DNA from: Bdellovibrionales bacterium
GTDB lineage: Bacteria > Bdellovibrionota > Bdellovibrionia > Bdellovibrionales > UBA840
DNA length: 64,000 nucleotides
Assembly: GCA_045110695.1 (NCBI GenBank)
Contig: JBGCGH010000027.1
Span: forward strand, 20,219 to 84,218
Direction: 5' to 3'
Of this stretch, positions 19,480-29,892 are shown in pieces. The translations under genes were made by a program, and so were the position numbers. Each line of letters begins with the position of its first letter. Within the stretch, counting starts at the first letter, position 1. The notes beneath the pieces are model-generated. The model was given only the letters and a program-made list of their open reading frames with translations, did not search any database and was not told the DNA's origin.

Positions 19480-20021
19480 ACGGCCTCACTTTTCCAGTTG
19501 TCTTTCCATGGGCGTGGAATATTGTTTTCAATCATTTTTTGAAGCAACATTACACCATCCAAAACCGCTTCGGGAGTCGGAGGGCAACCAGGGACAAACA
19601 CATCTACTGGCAAAACTTTATCGATTCCCTGAAGTACATGGTAGGCTCTGTAAAAACCTCCAGAACTTGCACAAGCACCCATGGACAATACATACTTTGG
19701 CTCCAGCATTTGATCATAAATATGCCTTAAAACGGGGGCCATCTTCTCAGTAATGGTTCCTGCTACAATTAATAAATCTGCCTGACGAGGAGAGAATCGC
19801 ACTACTTCCGCACCGAAGCGCGCGAGATCATATTTGGGACCCATTACAGACATGAGTTCAATTCCGCAGCAAGCCGTTCCGTAAGGAAGAGGCCAAAGGG
19901 AGTTTTTCTTTCCCCAGTTAATCCAATCATCCACTCTTGTGGTCATCGCGTTCGAATGTAAAAGATCATTCAAATCTTGTTGTGAAAAACTCTTAGCATC
20001 ACTCATAGGTACTACTCCCAA
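19476..20021 (-). CDS. nuoB: NADH-quinone oxidoreductase subunit B (likely ATG start at 20006)
   Basis: [25 protein letters not shown]. Confidence 0.97.
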   Translation of the reverse strand: MGVVPMSDAKSFSQQDLNDLLHSNAMTTRVDDWINWGKKNSLWPLPYGTACCGIELMSVMGPKYDLARFGAEVVRFSPRQADLLIVAGTITEKMAPVLRHIYDQMLEPKYVLSMGACASSGGFYRAYHVLQGIDKVLPVDVFVPGCPPTPEAVLDGVMLLQKMIENNIPRPWKDNWKSEAV

Positions 20022-20276
20022 ATTTATCTAAGAAGATTTAGACACGAACATTCACTCCAAACTAGTAACGAATGTACAGGTACCAAAATTTTCTATTTTC
20101 AACTTCTTCTCATTTATATCATTATCTTTTCATTTAGAAATGTGATAACTGATTGCGTCGATCCCCTAAACTACCGAGATTTCTGCATTAAACCCTTGTT
20201 CGACAAGAGCTACACATCTGCCAATGAAAGTTACAAGCTGTTAAAAATAAGCCCTTTCTTTTAGCAATCAATGAGT

Positions 20277-20300
20277 ATTGTTCACGCTATCGTAAACAAT
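20277..20300. promoter_or_regulatory. Candidate transcription-factor binding site
   Basis: ATTGTTCACG-CTAT-CGTAAACAAT, 10-bp inverted repeat with one mismatch, in the nuoB/subtilisin divergent region. Confidence 0.45.
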
Positions 20301-20577
20301 TATTATGAGAAATGCACTAGAAATCGGATTCGAAGTTCAAATTCTAGCTCTTTACTAATAACTCAATCCCTAGAATTTATTTAAACATTACTTTCAAGGG
20401 CCTCAGGCTAGAATATAGAAATCGGAGCCAATTTAAAATTCTTATGAAACATAAAGTCCACTTATCAAAATCATTAAATTTAATTTGTTGTGCCCCCCTA
20501 GAATAAGGGCTAGGCTTTTATACATTAAAAAGACCAAAGGGTTCTAGGAAGAACCTTCAAACGATCAAGGAGGAAGC

Positions 20578-22002
20578 ATGAGGAAATCGGTGGCCTTAAT
20601 AGGCTTATCTGTTATTCTTTCCGTTTCTGCAAACGCAGAAGAGTACATCATTAAATTCAAAAACAACGTAAATCCAATGCAGTTTTTTAGTGGAATGGAG
20701 AATACTCCAAAAGCACTGATGGAAAACTTATATGTGGTAGATGTCGATCATTCAATGATGAGTCAAAACGAAGTTTTATCTATGGAGCTAGATGAAAGAA
20801 TTGAATACGTTCAGCCCAACTTTAAAATGGCGATTCCAGAACTGAACATTGAAGCTGGAAACGTAGCAATTTCACAAATTTTAAACTCCAAGCAGAGTAA
20901 TGGAGTAGAAGCGGCGCAGGATAATCCAAATATTCCGGCCCGACCTGCTAACCCAGGAAATGGTGCTGATCCAGAATTTGGCAATCAATGGGGAATGAAT
21001 GATATCGGTGTTAAAGAGGCTTGGAATCAATCCGGAACTAAAGGATCTGATGAAATCGTAGTCGCTGTAATAGATACCGGTGTAGATTACGTCCACGAGG
21101 ACTTAGTTTATAATATGTGGAGAAACGAAGGCGAAATAGCCGGTAACAATATAGATGATGATGGTAACGGATTTGTTGATGATGTTGTTGGTTGGGACTT
21201 TGTTAGTAACGACAACAAACCTTGGGATCTCTACACGGATCCATTGCAGTTATTATTAGGAGGCGGTAACCCAGGACATGGTACTCATTGCGCTGGTAAT
21301 GTTGCAGCTCGAGCAAATAATGGTAAAGGTGTTGTTGGTGTTGCTCCAAATGTGAGAATCATGGCAATGCGCTTCCTAAGTGAAAAAGGACAGGGAACTA
21401 CCTCTGGCGCTATCCAATCCATTAAATATGCAGTAGACAATGGTGCACACATTCTTTCAAACTCATGGGGTTCCGTTGGTGAAGGTTCAGATCAAGACGA
21501 AAACAAAGCTCTGAGAGACGCCATCCAATACGCTCAAGACAAAGGTATTCTTTTTGTAGCGGCTGCCGGTAACGGTAAGCAAGGAAAAGGATATAACAAC
21601 GATACTGATTCACAACCTGCATATCCTGCAAGTTACGACCATGACATCATTGTTAGTGTTGCAGCCATTGATGTGGAAGATAATTTAGGTCCATTCTCCA
21701 ACTGGGGTAAGCGAACCGTAGATATTGGCGCACCTGGTGTGAAAGTATTCAGCACAGTGCCTGACTCTAAATATGCAGATACGGTAATTGATATGTTCGG
21801 CCTAACAGTATACTGGGATGGAACTTCTATGGCCACTCCACATGTAGCTGGAGCTGCCGCTTTATATCTTTCTGCTAATCCAACAGCGGACTGGACAGAA
21901 ATAAAAGAAGCCCTTCTAAGCTCTGTGACTAAAGTCCAGACGCTGAATGGAAAGACTTCAAGTGACGGTAAATTGAATGTTTTGCAGTTGATGCAGAGAT
22001 AA
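20578..22002 (+). CDS. Secreted S8 subtilisin-like serine protease
   Basis: Signal peptide; triad motifs DTG, HGTHCAG, GTSMATPHVAG; RBS AGGAGG. Confidence 0.96.
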   Translation: MRKSVALIGLSVILSVSANAEEYIIKFKNNVNPMQFFSGMENTPKALMENLYVVDVDHSMMSQNEVLSMELDERIEYVQPNFKMAIPELNIEAGNVAISQILNSKQSNGVEAAQDNPNIPARPANPGNGADPEFGNQWGMNDIGVKEAWNQSGTKGSDEIVVAVIDTGVDYVHEDLVYNMWRNEGEIAGNNIDDDGNGFVDDVVGWDFVSNDNKPWDLYTDPLQLLLGGGNPGHGTHCAGNVAARANNGKGVVGVAPNVRIMAMRFLSEKGQGTTSGAIQSIKYAVDNGAHILSNSWGSVGEGSDQDENKALRDAIQYAQDKGILFVAAAGNGKQGKGYNNDTDSQPAYPASYDHDIIVSVAAIDVEDNLGPFSNWGKRTVDIGAPGVKVFSTVPDSKYADTVIDMFGLTVYWDGTSMATPHVAGAAALYLSANPTADWTEIKEALLSSVTKVQTLNGKTSSDGKLNVLQLMQR

Positions 22003-22025
22003 TCAATTCTAGACTTTAAGTAAGT

Positions 22026-22057
22026 AAAAAGGCTCCATTTTGTGGGGCCTTTTTTTT
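22026..22057 (+). terminator. Intrinsic terminator
   Basis: AAAAAGGCTCCA-TTTTG-TGGGGCC followed by a T-run. Confidence 0.85.
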
Positions 22058-22156
22058 ATAAAAAACAAACTAAAATTTAGCCGCGGACTTTTGTCACAAA
22101 AATATTAATAAATAAATAAATCTTCACGCCAGCTTCAGTGTTACCGATATGTTTTT

Positions 22157-23671
22157 ATGGAAAATAAACCGAACTTTAAATTTCGACCAGAACTATTCTT
22201 TCAATCTGCATTTGATCTAATAAGTGTATCCAACATGGATGGCTACTTTATAGAGCTAAATAATGCTTGGTCCTCTGAGACTGGTTACAGCATAGATATT
22301 TTAAAGTCGACACCTTTCATGAATTTTGTAGTTAAAAGTGATCACATCCAGACACAGAAGGTATTTGAAGAGCTTCTCAATGGTAAATCCATTGTTAATT
22401 TTAAGAACCGATACATCAAAAAAAATGGTGATATTATGTGGCTAGAATGGTCAGCATGGGTACAGGAAGATTTGATATATTCCATTGCTAGAAATAATTC
22501 TGAAGCCGTGGAAAAAACTCTACTCCTAGAGAAAACCGAAGAGGTTGGACAAATTGGTACTTGGGAGGTTGATACTACCACTGGTAAGGCAAGCTGGAGT
22601 GATTACACATTCAAAATTCATGGTCTACCCGTGGGTGGAGAAATCCCTGTTGAGGATGCTCTAAATTTTTATTCCCCAGAGGCCAGACCCATCATCGAAG
22701 AGGCACTCAACCGAGCCATGGCAGAAGGAAAAGCCTGGGACCTAGAACTCCCTTTTGTTAGAGCCACTGGTGAAAAAATATGGGTTCGCGCTAAGGGTGA
22801 ACCTCAAATTCAAAATGGAAAAATTATGAAAATCACGGGAGTATTTCAAGATATTTCTGATAGAAAAGAGACGGAGAAAAAACTTCAAGAGCAACAGGTT
22901 AAGATCCTACAAAACTCTAGACTCTCTAGCTTGGGAGAAATGGCGGCAGGTATCGCCCATGAAATCAATAACCCGTTGAGTGTAATTAACGGCTACGCCG
23001 ATAGAATGATAGGTATCATTGAAAAAGAGAAAGAAGAACTAAGCGCTGAATCCTTAGCAAAGGTTCTAAAAGCCGCAGACAGAATATCAACCACCTCCGA
23101 ACGAATCGCAACAATCATTAGAGGCTTGAGGGACTTCTCTAGAGATGGGTCAAAAGACAAAAGCTCTATTTGCACTATTGATGACTTGATTAATGATACA
23201 TTAGATTTCTGTCGACAGAAATTTGTAAACAGAAACGTGGATCTCAGAGTTTCCGCAGAGTCCCGGGAAATTTTCGTCCAGTGTAAACGCGTGCAATTGT
23301 CTCAGGTTTTACTTAATCTACTAAATAATGCCTTCGATGCCATTACCGACCTAGATCAAAAAGAGCCTTGGATAGTGGTAAACGCAACCGTAGAAAATGA
23401 TAAAGTAAAGATTGCTGTAACGGATAGTGGGGAAGGAATTGATAAAAAAGTTGCAGCTAAAATTATGCAACCCTTCTTTACTTCTAAGGAAATTGGAAAA
23501 GGTACTGGCCTTGGCTTGAGTATATCCAAAGGAATAATAGAGTCACACTCTGGAAAGATATGGCTGGATCACTCCTCAGTAAACACTAAATTTGTTGTTG
23601 AACTACCCTACAACTCTCAATCCGTTTTAAAAAGAAAACATGACCAGGAAAAAGCCAAAGAGGCGGCCTAA
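22157..23671 (+). CDS. Cytoplasmic PAS-PAS sensor histidine kinase
   Basis: Two PAS/PAC domains; AHEINNPL H-box, [19 protein letters not shown]; no TM seen. Confidence 0.93.
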   Translation: MENKPNFKFRPELFFQSAFDLISVSNMDGYFIELNNAWSSETGYSIDILKSTPFMNFVVKSDHIQTQKVFEELLNGKSIVNFKNRYIKKNGDIMWLEWSAWVQEDLIYSIARNNSEAVEKTLLLEKTEEVGQIGTWEVDTTTGKASWSDYTFKIHGLPVGGEIPVEDALNFYSPEARPIIEEALNRAMAEGKAWDLELPFVRATGEKIWVRAKGEPQIQNGKIMKITGVFQDISDRKETEKKLQEQQVKILQNSRLSSLGEMAAGIAHEINNPLSVINGYADRMIGIIEKEKEELSAESLAKVLKAADRISTTSERIATIIRGLRDFSRDGSKDKSSICTIDDLINDTLDFCRQKFVNRNVDLRVSAESREIFVQCKRVQLSQVLLNLLNNAFDAITDLDQKEPWIVVNATVENDKVKIAVTDSGEGIDKKVAAKIMQPFFTSKEIGKGTGLGLSISKGIIESHSGKIWLDHSSVNTKFVVELPYNSQSVLKRKHDQEKAKEAA

Positions 23672-23828
23672 ACTATGTCTCTTTATAAGTAAAAAAGTTT
23701 CACCATAGCCAATAAAACAAAAAATACCCAAAGAGCTGTAAGATACTGAAATTGCCTTAGATTTTGAAGAATTGTAGACTCTTTTGACAATTAGGTAAAA
23801 GAGACAATAGATCCACAAAATCCCGAAG

Positions 23829-24218
23829 ATGCGCCGACTTCAGGCTATAATCTTGTCTATGAAACATACAATTCTATTACTAATACTACTTTCAAGTTTA
23901 GGCCTTTCTGCCGCAACCATCAAAATGGATCTGTTCGAAAAAACAGAGGTTCTACAGGAGCAGTTTTCTGACAGAAACCAAATGATAGCCCTAGACATTC
24001 GAAAGCAGCTGTCGGAAATAGCAAACTACGACAGCGCTGCCCAATTTAGAATGATTGATCTTCTAGTACAACGTAAGGCTTTGGATCAAGAACTGGTTAA
24101 TATGGCCAAAAATCGCCCTTCTGCCCTGTCGGAAAGAATTAAAAAAGAAAAAGACCCTGTTCTAAGAAAAAAACAGAGTCTCGTTTTATTTATGGTTTCC
24201 GGAATTCAACAAATTTAG
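23829..24218 (+). CDS. Hypothetical exported protein (probable start ATG 23859)
   Basis: MKHTILLLILLSSLGLSA signal peptide. Confidence 0.6.
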   Translation: MRRLQAIILSMKHTILLLILLSSLGLSAATIKMDLFEKTEVLQEQFSDRNQMIALDIRKQLSEIANYDSAAQFRMIDLLVQRKALDQELVNMAKNRPSALSERIKKEKDPVLRKKQSLVLFMVSGIQQI

Positions 24219-24847
24219 TCGAAGTTTGCATAGGCCTTTCTTAAATCTGCATTTTGCGCTTTAAGCTTCTTCCAGCGTTTGGTTTCCGACAAGTAGGTTG
24301 CCTCTTTAGATTTTAAATCCTTTAAAGTCTTTGCCGCTTCAATTTTTTTCTTCTCAATAGTTTGACCAATCCTAATAATTTTTTGTTTCTTCTGATCCCA
24401 TTCTGCGAGCTCAGTATTCAAATCTTCGTTTTGTTTGGAATAGGTTTCTATATTACTATTTCTCTTCTCGATATTTGCTTGCAAACTTGCCATTAGTTTT
24501 TGTAGCTCGCCCAATTGCAGCTGTTCTTGATCCAGCTTTAACTGCTCTTCTTGTTTCAACTTATCCACTTTTGTAATTTGGACTTGTATCGCCGCCTTTG
24601 TGGCTGTGTTGTCTTTTTTATAAATCGCTAACTTTTTAGTACTTTCACCGAGTTCTTTTTTGTAGGCCTTCAATTTTTTCTGATTGTCTTTAACTACTTT
24701 CAGATTATCCTCAAATGCCTCGAGATTAGCATTCGCGTTTGTGGCATTAGTTTCAAGCTGATCTAATAGCCGATTCTTCTCGGCCTCAGAAGCCTGAAGT
24801 GGTAATGCGAGAACTCCTACTACTAAAACCTTAAATAACAACTTCAT
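24215..24847 (-). CDS. Exported coiled-coil protein, last gene of the gliding operon
   Basis: GGAGG RBS before ATG 24847; signal peptide; K/E/Q-rich heptads throughout. Confidence 0.8.
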   Translation of the reverse strand: MKLLFKVLVVGVLALPLQASEAEKNRLLDQLETNATNANANLEAFEDNLKVVKDNQKKLKAYKKELGESTKKLAIYKKDNTATKAAIQVQITKVDKLKQEEQLKLDQEQLQLGELQKLMASLQANIEKRNSNIETYSKQNEDLNTELAEWDQKKQKIIRIGQTIEKKKIEAAKTLKDLKSKEATYLSETKRWKKLKAQNADLRKAYANFD

Positions 24848-24862
24848 TCTATCCTCCAAATA

Positions 24863-27352
24863 TTATCTTTTTGCCGTATTCTTCGGACAAAGATTATTAA
24901 CTTCTGTACGGTAATGACCAATCTCATCTTCCCAAAATTCCCCATCAAACTCCCAGTTTAATGCGGCTTTTTTTACTTCTTTGTCGATATTGACAGTTTT
25001 TCCCTCCGATGCCCCTCCCGCTAATTTATAGCGAATATGAGAACCGGCTCCAGAGAAAATTTCATATTTAAGAAGTTCATTGTTTTCGATGAATAGCCTT
25101 AAGTCCTTTTCCATTTTTTTGTAGGAACCACGCAGGACTCTACCAGCAACCAATTGTTGGTTTTTAATGCTAGATGCTAGTTGTCGTTTTATACTTCTAT
25201 TCAAACTGGTGTTCTTAGTTCGTGCGTCTTTCATAACCCGACGATAAAAGCGGTTTTTTGCTAACTGCAATTTTCTTACATTAAGCTCGGAAACCAACTG
25301 AGCTTTTTTAGCTTTAATCTTTTTAGTTGTTTTTAAACCTTTTATTTTTTCTTTCGTCGCTTTAATCTGAGTCTTAAGAGCCGTAATTGTTCTCCAATTT
25401 TTTTTCAAATCATCACGAATCAGACCTTTAATGAAAGTTGCTTGATACTCTTCATCTGCGTACTGATTGATTGTTTCTTGTACCTTGATGAAAGCCTTCT
25501 GCCTAGCAGCTTCCTTTAAAACCATTGAGTTCTTTTTAAATTTTTCACTAGTAGGACTTTTAAGATAAGAAGTAACTTCGGAATAATATTTCCGACTAGA
25601 CTTACCTGCTTTCTTATTAAAGCTACTCATGTATTTATAGAGGTCACCATACTTTTTCTCAAACTCACTTACTGAGCGATAGGCATCTGGAAACTGACAT
25701 AGACTTAAAAAACCTAAAGCTCTAATTATATAGGACTCTGGCTTATAAACAGTTTGAAAATAAGGAGTTTGTATAGACAACATATTTCCAATCGCTCCAG
25801 GCTCATCTTTTACCATTAATTGTGCCCAAGCCTGTTGCTCTAAACCTTGTATCCACAGAGGGTGGTTTCTACCAATTTTTACAAAGTTTTTAATAGATTC
25901 TTTATATTTTCTTTGCCTGAACTCCATTTGAGCCAAAGCGATTGAGGTCAAACTCTTCACTTCATTTTTAATTTTATTTTTTTCAAGGTAAGCAGCAAGC
26001 TCCCTTAAATTTTGCCTTGCTAGCTTTGTATTTCCGATTAAATACCTTGAGTTCGCAGCTACAAATAGGGCCCTTGAATAATCAGGGGATTCTTTGGAAA
26101 CTTTATTAGCAGCCTTAAGAGCGCCCGAGTATTTGCTCGTTTTAAGTAAAAATTTAGAAAGTAGGTAATTTGCTTTGTCAGCTAGTTTTATATCTTTTAA
26201 GCCTGAGATGATCGATGGCTGTCTATTAAGTAACCCACCCAATTCATAATGATAACTGATAGGAGTTTCCTCAATCAAGATACGTTTGATACCGTCTCTA
26301 ACTTCAGAATTACTTCCCCAAGCAAAGTACTTCTCTGCCCATTGGTGGGAAAGGTGAAAGAAACCCATTTGCTGAAGACAATCTACCATTCTTAAAGAGA
26401 TAAGTTCTTTTCGGTAAGTATTTTTAGTCTTGATCGCATTATAAATTGGCGCGACAATATGACATTTACCACCCTCGTGGTAGAACACTTCTGCTTTAAG
26501 AAAAGATTTTTCTTCCCCTGATAATGCATCAATTTTCTGGAGAGCTACAGCTTGTTCTTTGGCTAATTTCAGCTCTTCAATTTTAGTACTTCTCTCAATA
26601 CCACTTAAAGTCACAAATTTCTTTGAGGCTTTTAGTTTCTTTCCTGATAGCTTAGCTATCTTCTTTTTCTTTTCCGCATCTATCTTTTCCGTGAGTAGAA
26701 TTGGACTATCTAGTTTTTTCATACTTTCTAAATTCAAATCTGAATCAGAGTAAGCACCAATTCCGGAGAATTTTAGACTCAAGCTCTCTTCCGGTTCCAC
26801 ATTCATTTCTCTAAACGTTGGAATATTTTTATTTAAAAACTTCTTATTTACCTTTGCGGCTTTTGAATCTTTAGCGATTGCTTTTTTTGAAATTTTCTTA
26901 GTTGTAATGATATCTTTTTCGAGCATTTCCAATGCCTTTAAAGCCTCTGTAACACCTTTTTCTCTTTTGTTGAGTATATCTTTATTTAATTGGATAACCG
27001 TTGGCTCAGGAGCAGGCTCCTGTTCTACTACTTTCAACTCCTTGGGTGCTTCCCCTTTTGGAATTATTTTTTCAATCGCCTTTTTTGCTTTCGCTACGAT
27101 ACCCTCATTTTCAACTGGTACATTGGGACGAATTGGATCAAATTCAGATACGGCACCGTCTCGCTCCGCATAACTTTTAGCTTTGTTATCGGGAACAACT
27201 ATCAGATGACTCGGAAGAAAGCCTGAGACTTGCTCTGACTTTTGAGTAAAACTATCATTAGACTGGAGGTAAACAGGCACATCAAAGGCCTGAGCCATTG
27301 CCTGTAGAGTCAGTCCAAAAATTGCGTATATGATTAGTATCTTTTTCATCAT
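24863..27352 (-). CDS. GltC-like TPR gliding protein with long N-terminal extension
   Basis: TPR-like region, PESYIIRALGFLSLC, C-terminal WEFDGEFWEDEIGHY...C typical of GltC homologs; operon context. Confidence 0.75.
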   Translation of the reverse strand: MMKKILIIYAIFGLTLQAMAQAFDVPVYLQSNDSFTQKSEQVSGFLPSHLIVVPDNKAKSYAERDGAVSEFDPIRPNVPVENEGIVAKAKKAIEKIIPKGEAPKELKVVEQEPAPEPTVIQLNKDILNKREKGVTEALKALEMLEKDIITTKKISKKAIAKDSKAAKVNKKFLNKNIPTFREMNVEPEESLSLKFSGIGAYSDSDLNLESMKKLDSPILLTEKIDAEKKKKIAKLSGKKLKASKKFVTLSGIERSTKIEELKLAKEQAVALQKIDALSGEEKSFLKAEVFYHEGGKCHIVAPIYNAIKTKNTYRKELISLRMVDCLQQMGFFHLSHQWAEKYFAWGSNSEVRDGIKRILIEETPISYHYELGGLLNRQPSIISGLKDIKLADKANYLLSKFLLKTSKYSGALKAANKVSKESPDYSRALFVAANSRYLIGNTKLARQNLRELAAYLEKNKIKNEVKSLTSIALAQMEFRQRKYKESIKNFVKIGRNHPLWIQGLEQQAWAQLMVKDEPGAIGNMLSIQTPYFQTVYKPESYIIRALGFLSLCQFPDAYRSVSEFEKKYGDLYKYMSSFNKKAGKSSRKYYSEVTSYLKSPTSEKFKKNSMVLKEAARQKAFIKVQETINQYADEEYQATFIKGLIRDDLKKNWRTITALKTQIKATKEKIKGLKTTKKIKAKKAQLVSELNVRKLQLAKNRFYRRVMKDARTKNTSLNRSIKRQLASSIKNQQLVAGRVLRGSYKKMEKDLRLFIENNELLKYEIFSGAGSHIRYKLAGGASEGKTVNIDKEVKKAALNWEFDGEFWEDEIGHYRTEVNNLCPKNTAKR

Positions 27353-27366
27353 TTTTCACCTACCCC

Positions 27367-28125
27367 TTAGTGGTAGTAAGTAACTCCAAATAATAAATAG
27401 GAGTTAAATTTTGTTTTGGTTCCCAAATTGGTTCCGCTGCTGTAGGAAATTCTTTCTTCTTGATAAAACTTATTTCTATAATCTACTCTGATGGACCAAT
27501 TGTTATTTAAAAAGAACTGCTGAGTTACATCAAAACCAATTGCCGGCACTGTTAAAGAACGACCATTGGTTGTACTCGATTGTTGCTCAACTTGCATGAG
27601 TCCTATACCTGGACTGATCGACATATCAAAATATACAATTTTATTATCGAGAAGACTCAGTTTACCGTAAAATGGAATCCAGTTGTAGTAAACACCAACA
27701 AAGTTCTCTAGATAGTTGATATCAGGGAAACCACCTTGATCAATCACTGAGTCCGAAGCATCAGAAAGAGAGTTATCATAAATTTCGATTCTACCTTCTA
27801 TTCCATGGTATTCATTAAAGTAGTAACCACCAGAAAGACTCAATAGACTCACGTCGTTGAAAGAGTCATTAATCGAGACACCACCCATAACAGAAAAATT
27901 TATTCTTTTCTCTTTTTTGTATTTCCTGTTTTGAACCACTTTGAATTCTTTTGAATCTGTCGCCCAATACTTTTCTTGGATGGCTTTGATATCAACCTTT
28001 TTACTAGCTTTATTTGCACTAGCTTTAGGTGCTGCCTTACGTTTATATTGGTTCGATTGGGCAAAAATGGACCCACCACACATCATTACTGTACATAGAA
28101 TTGCAATCTGTATTTTCACTGGCAT
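27367..28125 (-). CDS. Outer-membrane beta-barrel protein, GltA/GltB/GltH-like
   Basis: VVQNRKYKK, NDSF, WIPFYGKLSLL...YFD, terminal FGVTYYH. Confidence 0.8.
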   Translation of the reverse strand: MPVKIQIAILCTVMMCGGSIFAQSNQYKRKAAPKASANKASKKVDIKAIQEKYWATDSKEFKVVQNRKYKKEKRINFSVMGGVSINDSFNDVSLLSLSGGYYFNEYHGIEGRIEIYDNSLSDASDSVIDQGGFPDINYLENFVGVYYNWIPFYGKLSLLDNKIVYFDMSISPGIGLMQVEQQSSTTNGRSLTVPAIGFDVTQQFFLNNNWSIRVDYRNKFYQEERISYSSGTNLGTKTKFNSYLLFGVTYYH

Positions 28126-28211
28126 AGCTCCTTCTCAAGGTACAATTACCCCTACAGAACTCTTCCCTTAAGAGTTCTAGTCGATCCTTCCCAATCGAAT
28201 GCCAAATAAAT

Positions 28212-29639
28212 CTAGTTAATAGATTTAAACAAGAACGGATAGGCAACTAAGACCTTTGTTCCGCCTTTTGGCTTTGGAAATTTCCAACCTGCTATGCGCC
28301 GTAAAATACATCCTTCGACTTTGGCGCTTTTTAAAGTTGTGTCTTTCACAGTTTGTCGTGCGACACTACCTTTTGCATCTATTGTAAACTCAACTTTCAC
28401 CTTACCCTGCAGATCCTTATCCGCCGAAAGTTGACGTTCGTAACAATATCGAATTTCACCGATATTTTTACGAATCACCGCTGCGATGACCTCTCTATCA
28501 AGACCACCATCCAAAAGAATTTCCTTCTCTTGAATTTCCATATTTGTTGCAGCTACTGTCCCTTTTGCTAAACCAGATTTAAGAGAAGACAGCTTCCTCT
28601 TAAAGTTTTTACTCAACTTTCCTTTTCTATTACTATCAGCTAAATCTAATTTTTTTCTAGCAATCTTTGAAACGTTAATCTTAGAATTAGATGTCTTGCT
28701 CCCTTTTCTAACTTGGTTAACGGAATTAAATTTTAAGTTTGCGAGAGACCTTTTTGTAAGACGCCCGATCATTTTACTGATACCCTTCGCCTTGATTCTC
28801 TTAACTATTTTTCTAGCCTCTTTAATATCTGCATTCTGATAACTTTGTTCTATTTCTGTAGGAGCTGTCTCTGAGGCAACAAACCTTTCTTTAACGAGCT
28901 CTTCAGCTTCTTTTTTAAGTTGCTCATTTAATTGAGCATCATAAATCATTTGCACGAACCTATTTTGGTTCTTTACTTCCGCTGGTTTAATTAATGAAAA
29001 ACTTGCCACAATTAAGGCTATGGCTAAACTAACACCGGCCAGATTCTTGGCGTCCCCTGTTATCAATTTTAGACTAGGCTTTTGCCTTAATACTTCTTCT
29101 GGCTTGAAGGTTAATCTACTTTGCACCAAAAAATCTCCAAAAGTATGAAACTTCCAGTCAGAACTCTTTGGTGGATTAATGTTATGAGCTTTACCATCAA
29201 AATGGAATTCAAAAGTCTCACTCTTCTCTAAAAACTTTGTATCTATTATATCGCCATTTTTAACGACTAAAACCTGATGAGAGTTCCAATCTTGGTTAGT
29301 CTTTTGTTCCACCCCATAAAGTTGACGAGCGGGATCAGCTAAATGAAGCCTGATCCCATGGCTACCAATTTGCACATACTCTCCACCCAAAACTTTAAAT
29401 TCAGAAACAGGTGTATTGTTCACGAGAACATCATTCTCAGTACCGCAACCAACCAAATACCAATTGGGACTTCTATATTCCAAAACAGCCTGAACACCAC
29501 CAACCTGATCACCTAGCAATCGTAAGTCTGCAACCCTAGAAGATCCTAATACAAAATGCCTATGCCTAGGATTAACCTTTCGTGCCGTACAAAACTTATC
29601 GTTGTTGAAATGTTCTATATATAAAAACTGTTCTTTCAC
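28212..29639 (-). CDS. GltG-like protein (FHA-like N-term, TM, AgmX/PglI TonB-C-type domain)
   Basis: GGLDREVIAAVIRKN...IRYCYERQL...GKVKVEFTI...CI...WKFPKPKGG...YPFLF. Confidence 0.85.
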   Translation of the reverse strand: MKEQFLYIEHFNNDKFCTARKVNPRHRHFVLGSSRVADLRLLGDQVGGVQAVLEYRSPNWYLVGCGTENDVLVNNTPVSEFKVLGGEYVQIGSHGIRLHLADPARQLYGVEQKTNQDWNSHQVLVVKNGDIIDTKFLEKSETFEFHFDGKAHNINPPKSSDWKFHTFGDFLVQSRLTFKPEEVLRQKPSLKLITGDAKNLAGVSLAIALIVASFSLIKPAEVKNQNRFVQMIYDAQLNEQLKKEAEELVKERFVASETAPTEIEQSYQNADIKEARKIVKRIKAKGISKMIGRLTKRSLANLKFNSVNQVRKGSKTSNSKINVSKIARKKLDLADSNRKGKLSKNFKRKLSSLKSGLAKGTVAATNMEIQEKEILLDGGLDREVIAAVIRKNIGEIRYCYERQLSADKDLQGKVKVEFTIDAKGSVARQTVKDTTLKSAKVEGCILRRIAGWKFPKPKGGTKVLVAYPFLFKSIN

Positions 29640-29643
29640 TCTT

Positions 29644-29892
29644 TTACCTCAAATAATCTACGGAGCTTTTAATGCTCTCATCAAATTTATCTCTAACCTT
29701 GTACATAGGTAGAAAATTAATACCTCTTTTTTGCATTAAATACGAGGCGTTAGGGTTTCTAGCTACACCATCTATATCGGCTGCATCAAAAGAAATCCTT
29801 TGTTCTTTTTTAAATTTGGTTTTTGTTTTCCCGACAAGATTAAGAGAAAATGTTAAACTAATTGTCAGTAAAATTAGCTTTATTAATCGCAT
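29644..29892 (-). CDS. GltF/CglF-like small exported protein
   Basis: Signal peptide; ISFDAADIDG..RNP motif; lies between gltE- and gltG-like genes. Confidence 0.7.
   Translation of the reverse strand: MRLIKLILLTISLTFSLNLVGKTKTKFKKEQRISFDAADIDGVARNPNASYLMQKRGINFLPMYKVRDKFDESIKSSVDYLR

Noticed and set aside
20022-20577. Missing nuoA gene or a Fur box upstream of nuoB
   Set aside because: No suitable ORF in the track, and the GATAATGAT-like stretch is only a partial match in AT-rich DNA.
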